Assembly: GCA_034680725.1 (NCBI GenBank)
Contig: JAXIUI010000008.1
Coordinates: 5,450 to 69,449 of the forward strand
Origin: Polynucleobacter sp.
GTDB lineage: Bacteria > Pseudomonadota > Gammaproteobacteria > Burkholderiales > Burkholderiaceae
Reading direction: 5' to 3'
DNA: 64,000 nt
Shown here: positions 1-9,316 of the stretch, piece by piece
Layout of the letters: the number at the start of each line of letters is the position of its first letter
How positions within the stretch are numbered: the stretch's first letter is position 1
The notes under the pieces: generated by a model
Told to the model about the DNA's origin: nothing
The model's database searches: none
Seen by the model: the letters and a program-made list of their open reading frames with translations, nothing else
Translations under genes and position numbers: made by a program

Positions 1-136
1 GGGGGCCAAACACCACTGCAAGTGTTGCAAATGTCAGAAAGTCATACCACTCCAGAAAAGTTCCAAAACAAGCTGCAACAGCTACTTTTTTGTAGGAATG
101 TGCTGGTGCTTGAGAGTCTGATGCGGTGGCAGTCAA
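1..136 (-). CDS. MFS transporter, metabolite:H+ symporter type (5' part only; runs off the window edge)
   Basis: Not in the ORF track. Manual translation from TTG at 136 gives MTATASDSQAPAHSYKKVAVAACFGTFLEWYDFLTFATLAVVFGP. The G-x-x-x-E-W-Y-D-F TM1 motif is typical of MHS-family MFS transporters. It starts 13 nt after the rmuC stop. Confidence 0.85.
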   Translation of the reverse strand, partial: MTATASDSQAPAHSYKKVAVAACFGTFLEWYDFLTFATLAVVFGP

Positions 137-149
137 TTGTATTCTGCGT

Positions 150-1424
150 TTATTCTGTATCTGTTGAAGATTCAATCAGGGGTGCAGGGATATTTTTACT
201 GGGCTTAACTCCAAGCTCGCGAACTTTCTCAGCAGTACGGATGAGATTGCCTTTGCCAGATTTGAGTTTATTAAATGCATCGTGATAGCTAGTCTGAGCT
301 TGATCTAAGCGTTGACCTAGTTTTTCAAGATCATCTACAAAGCCAACAAATTTGTCATACAGCGTGCCACACTGTTTTGCAATTTCCAAGGCATTACGAT
401 TTTGATGATCTTGCCTCCAAAGATGTGCCACTGTCCTCAGAGTCGCCATGAGCGTACTCGGGCAAACGAGAACAATATTTTTTGCTAATGCCTCTTGATA
501 CAGGTTGGGCGCTGTTTTGAGGGCTAATAGAAAAGCAGGTTCAATGGGTACAAACATCAGCACAAAGTCGACCGAGCCAATGCCATATAAAGAACTGTAG
601 TTCTTGCTAGAAAGCCCTTGTATGTGCTGACGCAAAGAGAGAATATGTGCCGCTAACTCTTGCTCAGCAATTGCTGGATCCGAGGTGTCAGCATGGCGTG
701 AATACGCAGTGATTGAAACCTTGCTATCAATAACCAGGCTTCTGCCTTCTGGAAGCTTAACTACAACGTCAGGCTGCAGACGTGAACCATCTATTTGGGT
801 ATGGCTATCTTGAACTAAGTATTCTTCACCTTTGCGCAAGCCGGAAGACTCTAGAATGGATTCAAGGACCAATTCACCCCAATTACCCTGCACCTTGGAG
901 TCACCTTTGAGTGCTTGGGTTAGTGAGCGTGTCTCATCAGACATTCTCAGATTAAGGTTAGCAAGACGCTCGATTTCACTCTTCAGAGCAAAGCGCTCGC
1001 GGGCTTCATTGCCATACGAAACATTTACCTGCTCTTTGAATTCCGTCAGTTTAGTTTGCAGTGGTTTTAGCAGTGCATCGAGATTCGCAACATTCTGCTC
1101 GGTAAAGCGCTTTGACTTATCTTCTAAGATTTCATTGGCCAAATTCTTGAATTGGCTAGTGAGCGCCTCTTTGGCTTCATTCAGAGATTCGATTCTGCCA
1201 AGCCCTTGTTTACGCTCCGAGTCCAGCTCAGCCTCAAGTCTGATAGCATTTTGTAAGGCTTGGTCGCGTTCATTGCGCAGCGTAATGACTAAAGTCGATT
1301 CCTCTTGTTTGGCTTGTTCAGTACGCGCCAAAGCTGAGCGTAAGTTCAGCGCATAGACTAAAAGGCCTGCACATAAACCGAATGGCAGGCCGAATAAAAT
1401 CAGAGAACTTAAGTCAAAAGACAC
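150..1424 (-). CDS. rmuC: DNA recombination protein RmuC
   Basis: N-terminal TM helix, coiled coil, KVQGNWGE.VLE.ILE.SGL and PD...IDSK nuclease-like motifs, FVLMFVPIEPAF. Confidence 0.93.
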   Translation of the reverse strand: MSFDLSSLILFGLPFGLCAGLLVYALNLRSALARTEQAKQEESTLVITLRNERDQALQNAIRLEAELDSERKQGLGRIESLNEAKEALTSQFKNLANEILEDKSKRFTEQNVANLDALLKPLQTKLTEFKEQVNVSYGNEARERFALKSEIERLANLNLRMSDETRSLTQALKGDSKVQGNWGELVLESILESSGLRKGEEYLVQDSHTQIDGSRLQPDVVVKLPEGRSLVIDSKVSITAYSRHADTSDPAIAEQELAAHILSLRQHIQGLSSKNYSSLYGIGSVDFVLMFVPIEPAFLLALKTAPNLYQEALAKNIVLVCPSTLMATLRTVAHLWRQDHQNRNALEIAKQCGTLYDKFVGFVDDLEKLGQRLDQAQTSYHDAFNKLKSGKGNLIRTAEKVRELGVKPSKNIPAPLIESSTDTE

Positions 1425-1457
1425 TGATGCAATCTTCTTAATGAATCATCAAGGTCA

Positions 1458-1766
1458 TTAGGCTTTGACGAGTTTTTGCAGTTCGCCGCTTTGGAACATT
1501 TCAGTCATGATGTCAGATCCACCAATGAATTCGCCATTGATATAGAGCTGTGGAATCGTTGGCCAGTTAGCGAATTGTTTAATACCTTGGCGAATGCCTT
1601 CATCTTCTAAAACGTTCACTGTGTGAAGCGTTTCTACACCGCTAGCACGCAAAATATTAATAGCATTTCCTGAAAAACCGCATTGTGGAAATTGAGCGTT
1701 ACCCTTCATGAACAGAACAACTGGGTGACTAGAGACGATTTCTTGAATTTTTGCTTGGGTATCCAT
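1458..1766 (-). CDS. grxD: Monothiol glutaredoxin Grx4
   Basis: CGFS active site, WPTIPQLYINGEFIGG; AGGA SD before the ATG. Confidence 0.97.
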   Translation of the reverse strand: MDTQAKIQEIVSSHPVVLFMKGNAQFPQCGFSGNAINILRASGVETLHTVNVLEDEGIRQGIKQFANWPTIPQLYINGEFIGGSDIMTEMFQSGELQKLVKA

Positions 1767-1847
1767 ATCTTTTCCTAAATTTTGAAATTTCGAGACTGCT
1801 AAAACTATTAATAACTGACATTTGCTTCAATTTTAAAGCTATCCAAG

Positions 1848-1868
1848 AAAAAGGGTTAAACCCTTTTT
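1848..1868. terminator. Intrinsic terminator-like hairpin after prmC
   Basis: AAAAAGGGTT-A-AACCCTTTTT inverted repeat 7 nt beyond the prmC stop. Short GC stem, so probably weak. Confidence 0.6.
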
Positions 1869-1875
1869 GGTGATT

Positions 1876-2724
1876 TCAAGCGATTTTTCTAGCCGATACA
1901 ACGCGCTGATGGCCTGCTAAATCTTCATAAATGTGGATATCTTCTAGGCCTGATTCTTTCATGAGGCAAACGACTGCTTCAGATTGATCAAACCCATGTT
2001 CGACGGCTAGAAGAGCCCCTGATCTTAGGTATGGCTTGGATCCCAAAATAATGGCCTTTAGACAGCTAAGGCCGTCGGCGAAATCCGTTAAGGCGGATGT
2101 GGGTTCAAATTGCAGGTCACCTTGAGTAAGGTGGGGGTCTGTATGGGCTATATATGGGGGGTTACTGACGATGACATCAAAGTGCATTGACTCAGGAAGT
2201 GCTGCATACCAACTCCCTTGAAAAAACTGGACACGAGTGTTGAGATTGAGGTTTTGGGCGTTCATTTTGGCAATAGCCAAGGCTTCTGCATATTGGTCTG
2301 TAGCAATAATCGAGCATTGTGCAGAGGCGCTGGCAATTGCCAGGCCGATTGCGCCAGAGCCAGTGCCCATATCTAGCACCTGACTTGGCCTGTCTAATGC
2401 GGATATTTCTTTTAAGGCAATATCAACCAAGAGTTCGGTTTCTGGGCGCGGTATTAATACGCCAGGCGCTACCATCAATTCAATTGCATGAAAGCCTTTT
2501 TTTCCAAGGATATAGGCAATCGGTTCACCATTCATTCTTCTGGAGACTAGGCTTTCCCATTCCTGAAAAACTTGCCCATTCAAGCTCATATCGTCACGAG
2601 ATAGCAGGGCAGAGCGTGGGAGTTGATAGTGCTTCTCTAATAAGTAAGCCAGTAATATCCGTGCTTCATTGGCTGGCAATGCGCAGTTACTCATTAATTC
2701 ACGTAAAGACTGGCTGTCGCTCAT
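1876..2724 (-). CDS. prmC: Release factor glutamine methyltransferase
   Basis: GEPIAYILG, LIPRPETE, DMGTGSG, NPPY motifs. ATG 2724 preferred over the ORF-track TTG 2748, which overlaps prfA. Confidence 0.95.
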   Translation of the reverse strand: MSDSQSLRELMSNCALPANEARILLAYLLEKHYQLPRSALLSRDDMSLNGQVFQEWESLVSRRMNGEPIAYILGKKGFHAIELMVAPGVLIPRPETELLVDIALKEISALDRPSQVLDMGTGSGAIGLAIASASAQCSIIATDQYAEALAIAKMNAQNLNLNTRVQFFQGSWYAALPESMHFDVIVSNPPYIAHTDPHLTQGDLQFEPTSALTDFADGLSCLKAIILGSKPYLRSGALLAVEHGFDQSEAVVCLMKESGLEDIHIYEDLAGHQRVVSARKIA

Positions 2725-2734
2725 CCTGCTTATA

Positions 2735-3814
2735 TTAATTGTCACCAAGCGCTGCTAGCAATTCAGCTTGATGTTCTGATGCTAAAGCATTACAAAGATC
2801 ATCAAGATCGCCATCCATCATGGCATCGATCTTATAGAGCGTCAGGTTAATGCGGTGATCAGTAATACGACCCTGAGGAAAGTTATAGGTCCGAATGCGA
2901 TCACTGCGATCACCAGAGCCAATCAATGATTTTCTCGTTTGTGCTTCTAGTTGATGTTTCTCTCGCTCTCTCGCATCCATAATTCGAGAAACTAATACCT
3001 TCATTGCTTGTTCGCGGTTGCGGTGTTGGCTACGGTCGTCTTGGCATTCCACCACCGTGCCTGTTGGTAGGTGGGTGATACGAACTGCAGAGTCAGTTTT
3101 ATTAATATGCTGACCACCCGCACCGGATGCTCTAAAGGTATCAATCCGCAGTTCAGCAGGATTAATCTTTACGGCCTCTAATTCATCAGCCTCTGGCATG
3201 ACTGCTACGGTACAAGCCGAGGTATGAATACGTCCTTGAGTCTCTGTTTGAGGAACGCGCTGTACGCGATGACCACCAGATTCAAATTTGAGTCGGGAGT
3301 AGACTGATTGACCTACAAGACGCAGCACCACTTCTTTGTAGCCACCCAAATCGGATTCTGCAGCATTCACTACTTCTACTTTCCAGCCTTGGCGTTCTGC
3401 GAAGCGGGTATACATTCTGAGTAGGTCGCCAGCAAAAAGAGCACTTTCGTCCCCGCCAGTACCTGCACGAATTTCTAAAAAAACATTGCGCTCATCATTC
3501 ACATCTTTAGGCAATAGTAGTTTTTGCAGAACACTCCCAAGCTCTTCCATAGTCGCTTGAGCTTGCTTTTGTTCTTCATCAGCAAAGTCCTTCATTTCAG
3601 GATCTTTGCGCATCTCCTCAGCCGCTTGAGCATCTGCTTCAGCCTGTTTATATAGACCAAATTGCTCTACTACTGTTGCAATATCAGAATGCTCACGAGT
3701 GAGCTTGCGATAGTTGTCCATGTCCTTGGTGGACTCTTCGGTAGTTAATAAGGAATTGAGTTCGGCTAAGCGCGTATCTAGGTGTTCTAGCTTAGCCCGC
3801 ATGCTGGGCTTCAT
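2735..3814 (-). CDS. prfA: Peptide chain release factor 1
   Basis: GGQ motif ([10 protein letters not shown]), PQT specificity tripeptide, hemA-prfA-prmC order. Confidence 0.98.
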   Translation of the reverse strand: MKPSMRAKLEHLDTRLAELNSLLTTEESTKDMDNYRKLTREHSDIATVVEQFGLYKQAEADAQAAEEMRKDPEMKDFADEEQKQAQATMEELGSVLQKLLLPKDVNDERNVFLEIRAGTGGDESALFAGDLLRMYTRFAERQGWKVEVVNAAESDLGGYKEVVLRLVGQSVYSRLKFESGGHRVQRVPQTETQGRIHTSACTVAVMPEADELEAVKINPAELRIDTFRASGAGGQHINKTDSAVRITHLPTGTVVECQDDRSQHRNREQAMKVLVSRIMDAREREKHQLEAQTRKSLIGSGDRSDRIRTYNFPQGRITDHRINLTLYKIDAMMDGDLDDLCNALASEHQAELLAALGDN

Positions 3815-5131
3815 CTAATGGTCTTCTGGCTTGGAGTGCGAGGCGAATAATTTGGGGAGTAACTTGATTAAGGCATCACGTTCAGCACCATTGGAATGCT
3901 GAAGGGCATGTAATGAGCCATGTAAAAACTTATTAGTAAGGCCTTGTGCCATTGCATTAAGGACTTCTTGAGGATCATCCCCTCGTATCAAACGTTTCAT
4001 GGCGCGATCAAGCTCTAGCTGGCGTAGATATTCACCCTGTTGTTGAATATCTTGAATGAGGGGTACAGTTTTTCGGCTCTGCATCCAGTGCATAAAGTTA
4101 CCGACACGATCTTCAATGATGGCTTCTGCTTGGCTCACTGCTGCCTGACGTAAGGATGCCCCCGTCTGAATCATGACCCCTAAATCATCTACTGTGTATA
4201 GATAAATATCATTTAAGCGAGAAATCTCGGGCTCAAAGTCACGAGGTACTGCTAAGTCGATCATCACCATAGGCTTATGGCGGCGCTGTTTCAATGCGCT
4301 CTCCACCATGCCTAGACCAATAATAGGGAGAGATGATGCAGTGCTTGAAACAATGATGTCAAATTCATGAAGTCGACCTGGAAGCTCTGAGAGCTTGAGT
4401 GATTCGGCCTCAACATCCTGAATCGAAATCGAATCTGCTAACTCTTGTCCGCGTTCGATTGTGCGATTGGCAACAGCAACGCTCTTAGGTTTGCGCGCTA
4501 CAAAATGGGTGGCACATAAAGTGATCATCTCGCCAGCGCCAATAAAAAGAATGCGCTGTTCAGCAATCGATTCAAAAATACGTTCGGCAAGCCTTACTGA
4601 GGCTGCAGCCATGGAGATGGAGTGGGCACCAATTTCAGTGGAGCCACGTACTTCTTTGGCAACTGCAAAGGTTTTCTGAAAAAGCTGATTTAGGTAGGTG
4701 CCCAGGACGCCTGCATCATTAGCAGTGCGTACTGCATCTTTCATTTGTCCCAAGATTTGGGTCTCACCAATCACCATCGAATCTAAACCGCAGGCAACTC
4801 TAAAAGCATGGCGTACAGCATCGGATTGGGGCAAAGAATATACATGCGGCTCTAAACTGCTGGGGGCAAGCTGTTGGGTTTTAGCTAACCAATCAAAAGT
4901 AGCTTCATGTAAAAGACTGGCGGCATCGGCATCATTAGCTGCACAATAGACTTCAGTCCGATTGCAGGTTGACAAAATAGTGGCTTCAGGCAAGCCAGCC
5001 TGATTTGCACCAACGAGATGTTGGCGAAGATCATGTAATGCTTCTTGAAGGAACTCGGGGTCGAAGGCGACCTTCTCCCGAATGGCGACCGGCGCTGTGT
5101 GATGATTGATGCCGAGTGTCAACAACTTCAT
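3815..5131 (-). CDS. hemA: Glutamyl-tRNA reductase
   Basis: [15 protein letters not shown] catalytic Cys, [20 protein letters not shown]. Confidence 0.98.
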   Translation of the reverse strand: MKLLTLGINHHTAPVAIREKVAFDPEFLQEALHDLRQHLVGANQAGLPEATILSTCNRTEVYCAANDADAASLLHEATFDWLAKTQQLAPSSLEPHVYSLPQSDAVRHAFRVACGLDSMVIGETQILGQMKDAVRTANDAGVLGTYLNQLFQKTFAVAKEVRGSTEIGAHSISMAAASVRLAERIFESIAEQRILFIGAGEMITLCATHFVARKPKSVAVANRTIERGQELADSISIQDVEAESLKLSELPGRLHEFDIIVSSTASSLPIIGLGMVESALKQRRHKPMVMIDLAVPRDFEPEISRLNDIYLYTVDDLGVMIQTGASLRQAAVSQAEAIIEDRVGNFMHWMQSRKTVPLIQDIQQQGEYLRQLELDRAMKRLIRGDDPQEVLNAMAQGLTNKFLHGSLHALQHSNGAERDALIKLLPKLFASHSKPEDH

Positions 5132-5175
5132 AATGGTTGATTATAGATTTGATGACGCTATTAATGGGGGTGCTA

Positions 5176-5433
5176 ATGGGGTTTTTGGCTTTTTTTGTGC
5201 TTGGCGGCCTTTCTGGGGTGTTTGCCTGGATTTTTTATCCCGCAAACAGGATAGGCAAACCCAAAGCCAAAAAGTTCCTCATGGCCATATTGCTTGGGTT
5301 TTTGGCATCTGCAATAGCATCCTATGGAGGGCAGATAACAGGGCTATTCCAAGCGGGACAAATAGCAGAGTGGTTTAGTGCCATTGTTGTTGCAAGTTTG
5401 GCAGGCTGTATTTATGCCGCAATTGCAAAATGA
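5176..5433 (+). CDS. Small membrane protein, GlsB/YeaQ/YmgE-like
   Basis: Three hydrophobic segments (MGFLAFFVLGGLSGVFAW...ILLGFLASAIASYGG...SAIVVASLAG). ATG 5176 preferred for the upstream GGGGTG and the family-like MG start. Family call tentative. Confidence 0.6.
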   Translation: MGFLAFFVLGGLSGVFAWIFYPANRIGKPKAKKFLMAILLGFLASAIASYGGQITGLFQAGQIAEWFSAIVVASLAGCIYAAIAK

Positions 5434-5437
5434 CTAG
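5431..5437. repeat. 7-bp direct repeat TGACTAG, left copy
   Basis: Identical to 6084-6090. Contains the stop codon of the upstream membrane protein and abuts the toxin stop. Confidence 0.6.
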
Positions 5438-5764
5438 CTAAGCTAAACCAAGCCAAAGTGCTAGAGCTCTATTTACTCTAACCATCATGACATCACTGAG
5501 CTCTCCAATAATGGGGCCAATCTTTTCACTGCGAAGAGACATAATCTTATCGACTTGAATTTGAGAGGGCCTGGTGAGTCCATTGCTTGCGCTTGGTTCA
5601 ATATCAAGGCGAAAAATAGGCGCCTGAACGATATCACTAGAAATCAATGCCACTGTCACGGTTGCATGAATATCAGAAAAGACATCTAACTGAAGAATCA
5701 GCGCTGGTCTGGGTTTTCCAAAATCGCCCTGCATAGCAACTGTAACTATGTTGCCACGCTTCAT
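5438..5764 (-). CDS. Type II TA toxin, PemK/MazF family endoribonuclease
   Basis: MKRGNIVTV..GDFGKPRPALI, NGL..PSQIQVDKI; 108 aa; ATGA overlap with the upstream antitoxin. Confidence 0.9.
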   Translation of the reverse strand: MKRGNIVTVAMQGDFGKPRPALILQLDVFSDIHATVTVALISSDIVQAPIFRLDIEPSASNGLTRPSQIQVDKIMSLRSEKIGPIIGELSDVMMVRVNRALALWLGLA

Positions 5765-5976
5765 GCTTGATCCAGATCTGCCAGAGCCTCATCTAGGATA
5801 GACATGAGTGCGCTATCTGATCGATCTAGGGAGGCTACAAGCGCTGATTGTTTTCGACACTCTTCATAAAAGCCGGGTGCTTTGGTATCAGGGACCCATA
5901 TTTGAATTGGCCTCAAGCCTGAATCCTTGAGCGCAAGCCTATGTTTTTGAACGCGTAGGGCGGTTTTTGAGGGCAT
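5761..5976 (-). CDS. Antitoxin, MazE-like DUF3018 family
   Basis: RVQKHR..LKDSGLRPIQIWVPDT..PGFYEECRKQS signature, acidic C-terminus, directly upstream of the toxin. Confidence 0.85.
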   Translation of the reverse strand: MPSKTALRVQKHRLALKDSGLRPIQIWVPDTKAPGFYEECRKQSALVASLDRSDSALMSILDEALADLDQA

Positions 5977-5995
5977 TTTATAAATATTCTGATTT

Positions 5996-6040
5996 ATGTT
6001 ACATGTAACATTATAGCGACTTAAACCGTTACATGTAACG
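5996..6040 (-). promoter_or_regulatory. TA promoter with two palindromic operators
   Basis: ATGTTACATGTAACAT (5996-6011) and CGTTACATGTAACG (6027-6040) share the core GTTACATGTAAC, 30 bp apart. A perfect minus-strand TATAAT lies at 6010-6015. Confidence 0.8.
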
Positions 6041-6083
6041 ATAAATTAAACCCTTAAATTAAATAGGCCCAGTACGCTTGAAT

Positions 6084-6090
6084 TGACTAG
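6084..6090. repeat. 7-bp direct repeat TGACTAG, right copy
   Basis: Identical to 5431-5437; contains the ung stop codon. Confidence 0.6.
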
Positions 6091-6815
6091 TGATTCCAAG
6101 CAATCGGTGTTTGGCCATGCTCCACTAGCCAGGCATTGGCTTTGGTGAAATGCTGGCAGCTTCCGGTATCTCCGGGCTGTAAAAATGGCCAAGCGGTTTT
6201 GTACACTCCCAGCCCTGAAGGGTGGGAGGATTGCAGAATGAGTTGGTTTGCTCCAGATTTAATCAGTGGCAACTTCGATTGAGCGTGACCGCCCCAGAGC
6301 AGCCAAATAAGGTTTGGTTTAGATTGAGCAAGATGCACAATCAGCTCATCAATCAGCGGCTTCCATCCTAAATGGACATGACTACCAGCTTCACCTAATT
6401 TGACGCTAAGAGCAGTGTTCAGTAGCAATACGCCTTGTTCTGCCCAGTGATGCAGATCACCGTTTTCTAGAGACCCAAAACCCTCCAAGCCTAAGGCTTT
6501 GCTAATGTTACGTAGTGAACTTGGAAATTGCCGAGAATTTCTTGGGATGCTACTTGGGATAGAAAAAGCCAGTCCCTGTGCAAGACCAGGAGAGTGATAT
6601 GGGTCCTGGCCCAATATCACCGCCTTCACTTTGGAGAGTGGAGTAAGTGACAACGCCTTAAATAAATTCTGTGGTTTAGGGCAGATGAATTCATCACCCT
6701 CTTGAATGAGATCCTGAATATTTTTTTGGAGATGCTGCCAATCGCTTGACTCTAAATAGTTCCCTAATAGATGTCTCCAATCTGCTGGAATATCTGCTGC
6801 AGAAAATAGGGTCAT
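6087..6815 (-). CDS. ung: Uracil-DNA glycosylase, family 1
   Basis: ILGQDPYH, QGLAFS, GVLLLNTAL, LWGGHAQ, HPS. ATG 6815 overlaps the M61 stop (TAATG). Confidence 0.93.
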   Translation of the reverse strand: MTLFSAADIPADWRHLLGNYLESSDWQHLQKNIQDLIQEGDEFICPKPQNLFKALSLTPLSKVKAVILGQDPYHSPGLAQGLAFSIPSSIPRNSRQFPSSLRNISKALGLEGFGSLENGDLHHWAEQGVLLLNTALSVKLGEAGSHVHLGWKPLIDELIVHLAQSKPNLIWLLWGGHAQSKLPLIKSGANQLILQSSHPSGLGVYKTAWPFLQPGDTGSCQHFTKANAWLVEHGQTPIAWNH

Positions 6816-8596
6816 TATGTTGCTGGGAGGAGATCGAACTGGACTGGCAGTTGCTCTGCATTCAGTACAGTCATGCACTCATGCTCTAGATCATCTCTGT
6901 AAAAACAAATCGTCAGCACTTGCTCAGGGATGAGGCTAGCAAGAACTTTATCTAAGCGTGTGGCAGTGATGCGCTCACCATTAATGCTGGCAAGCAAATC
7001 GCCAGGTGCTAGCCCAGCCAGTTGTGCTGCCCCACCATCTAAAACATGAGTTACCTTAAGCCAGCCATGAACTTCGGTATAGCGCATACCGAATTGTAGT
7101 TTCATTTTTTCAAGCTTGGAGTGGGATTTCGCTTTAGCGCTAATCGTGTTCGGCAGCCATTTTTGTATTGGAATATCTTCATTGCCAAATATGAAGCGAG
7201 ATTTAAATTCATTCCAAGTTTTGCTAAACCCTTTGCCCAGCAATTGCATGATGATGTCATCGAGACCATCTTCAACAATTCCATCTTGAGTGACCCCATG
7301 CTTTTGCCAAATGGTACGCATGACGTCATCTAGCGACAGACAATTTTTTGTGAACTCACGAATTTTTAGATCGAGTCCGAGGGCAAGCAGTGCACCTTTC
7401 CCGTAGTAGCTCACTACGGCATTGGGCGTATTCTCATCGGCTTGGTAGTATTTTGTCCATGCATCAAAAGAGCTATCTGCCAAACTCTGTTTCAATCTGC
7501 CAGGGCCGCGCAAAATACCATTCCAGTTATTGGCAACCAGCTTAAGATAGGTTTTCAGATCAATACGCTTACTCCGAAATAACTGAAGATCGTCGTAGTA
7601 ACTTGTAAAGCCTTCAAATAACCAAAGCAGACGTGTGTGATTTCTGCGATCGAGTTGATAGGGTTGAAAGGCTTTGGGTTGAATACGTTTTACTAGCCAC
7701 GCATGAAAATATTCATGACTGCAAAGCCCCAGAAATTCACGATAGGAAGGTTCATCTAACGGCGTATTGATTTGCGGAATTTGATCACGCTTACATAGTA
7801 AAGCTGTACTGTTGCGATGCTCTAAACCGCCATAGCCAGCCAGGACGGCGTTGACTAAAAACAAGTAGTTCTGAAAGGGCGCCTTTTTTGTTTTGGGCTC
7901 AAATAAATGAATAATGCTAGTGCAGATCGCTTGTAGATCATCTTGTAATCGCTCGAGATCCGCCTCATGTATACAGCCTTGAATTGCCATTGCATGTGGG
8001 GTGCCATTTGACTGCCAGTGAGTAATCTGAAATTCCCCCATAGCAATTGGATGATCGAGGAGGTCGTCATAATCTTTGGCTAAATAAAAACCATAACCTT
8101 GCGCATCAACTTTAGCCGCCCTCAGACCTGTTTGAACCGTCCAAGATAGAGCACAAGTATCTTTTGGCGGAATCAGAACCAATGCGCAAGGTAAAGATTC
8201 ATGGCCCTTTGCGGCGAGACACAAGCTACTGGGATTGATAAAGGCACGCTCAGTATCGAGATATGCCGCGCGAACCGATGAATCAAAAGCATATATTGTT
8301 GTGAGAATCTCAACGGGGCCTGTAATTTTGGGAAGGCGCCATTGGTCATTATCGAGGCGCTCCAATGCTAGTTTTTGATTTGGAGTGTTGACTGCATAGG
8401 CTTCGATAGATTCGATGTGTTTGCTAAAGTCCCTTATTAAATAACTACCTGGAATCCACGCGGGCATTTGTAAAACTTGTCCATCAGACGCGGGATTGTC
8501 AATTCTGAGCTTTACTCCAAAGCGATGACCATGCAGATCGGCTGACCAAATGGTGTATTGAATAGTTGGCAGATCCGAAGTTTGAATAGCATTCAT
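6815..8596 (-). CDS. M61 family (glycyl) aminopeptidase with PDZ domain
   Basis: MPAWIPGSY, GGLEH, HEYFH zinc motif, WLFEGFTSYY, SYYGKG, C-terminal PDZ (GGAAQLAGLAPGD). Confidence 0.92.
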   Translation of the reverse strand: MNAIQTSDLPTIQYTIWSADLHGHRFGVKLRIDNPASDGQVLQMPAWIPGSYLIRDFSKHIESIEAYAVNTPNQKLALERLDNDQWRLPKITGPVEILTTIYAFDSSVRAAYLDTERAFINPSSLCLAAKGHESLPCALVLIPPKDTCALSWTVQTGLRAAKVDAQGYGFYLAKDYDDLLDHPIAMGEFQITHWQSNGTPHAMAIQGCIHEADLERLQDDLQAICTSIIHLFEPKTKKAPFQNYLFLVNAVLAGYGGLEHRNSTALLCKRDQIPQINTPLDEPSYREFLGLCSHEYFHAWLVKRIQPKAFQPYQLDRRNHTRLLWLFEGFTSYYDDLQLFRSKRIDLKTYLKLVANNWNGILRGPGRLKQSLADSSFDAWTKYYQADENTPNAVVSYYGKGALLALGLDLKIREFTKNCLSLDDVMRTIWQKHGVTQDGIVEDGLDDIIMQLLGKGFSKTWNEFKSRFIFGNEDIPIQKWLPNTISAKAKSHSKLEKMKLQFGMRYTEVHGWLKVTHVLDGGAAQLAGLAPGDLLASINGERITATRLDKVLASLIPEQVLTICFYRDDLEHECMTVLNAEQLPVQFDLLPAT

Positions 8597-8599
8597 AGT

Positions 8600-9316
8600 C
8601 TATTTGAGAGTGGCAAATTTCTTTTCAATATCGCTAATTTGTACTGCACCTGGGTAACGACTGCCATCCGTAAAAAAGATAGTGGGCGTACCAGTAATGC
8701 CATAGGTTTTTGCAAAAGCCATATTTTTCTCAAGTGGCGTGGCGCAATCTGCTTTTCCACTAGGCGAGATTCCATTGATCATCCAATCAACATATGCTTT
8801 TTGCGGATCTGCAGCGCACCAGATCTGCTTAGATTTTTGTGCTGAATCAGCTGACAGTATTGGAATGAGATAGGTATACACCGTGACATTATCTAGCTGC
8901 TGAAGTGATTTTTCGAGCCGCTTGCAGTAACCACAGTTGGGGTCTGAAAAAATAGCGATTTGTCGACTGCCATTTCCACGAACTGCCTTCAGGGCATTGC
9001 TGGGAACAAGCTCAGACCACTTGATGCGATTAAGATCAGTCTGCCTTTGCTCGGTAATATTTTTGCCGGTAGCAATTTCAATGATGTCACCTTGAAATAA
9101 ATATTTACTATTGGCATCCGTATAAAAAACATCATTGCCAACCAAAACTTCATACACTCCCGGAATGGGAGAAGGGTTAACATTTTTTATCTTAGCGCCA
9201 GTGCCAATTTTCTTTTGCAGTTCAGTTTTAATTTGCTGCTCTGTTTGTGCGCTTGCTTGACCTGCTAGCAAAGAGAAGGCGCAAAGAAAAGCGGTGATCA
9301 AAAATGATTTATTCAA
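8600..9316 (-). CDS. dsbC: Thiol:disulfide interchange protein DsbC
   Basis: Signal peptide, dimerization domain, FSDPNCGYC, GTPT. TTG 9316 lies 9 nt after AGGAG (ORF track starts at 9322). Confidence 0.93.
   Translation of the reverse strand: MNKSFLITAFLCAFSLLAGQASAQTEQQIKTELQKKIGTGAKIKNVNPSPIPGVYEVLVGNDVFYTDANSKYLFQGDIIEIATGKNITEQRQTDLNRIKWSELVPSNALKAVRGNGSRQIAIFSDPNCGYCKRLEKSLQQLDNVTVYTYLIPILSADSAQKSKQIWCAADPQKAYVDWMINGISPSGKADCATPLEKNMAFAKTYGITGTPTIFFTDGSRYPGAVQISDIEKKFATLK

Noticed and set aside
1729-1821. 30-codon minus-strand ORF (MSVINSFSS...) overlapping the grxD start
   Set aside because: It is out of frame with grxD, has no SD or recognisable features, and crosses the grxD RBS; probably chance.
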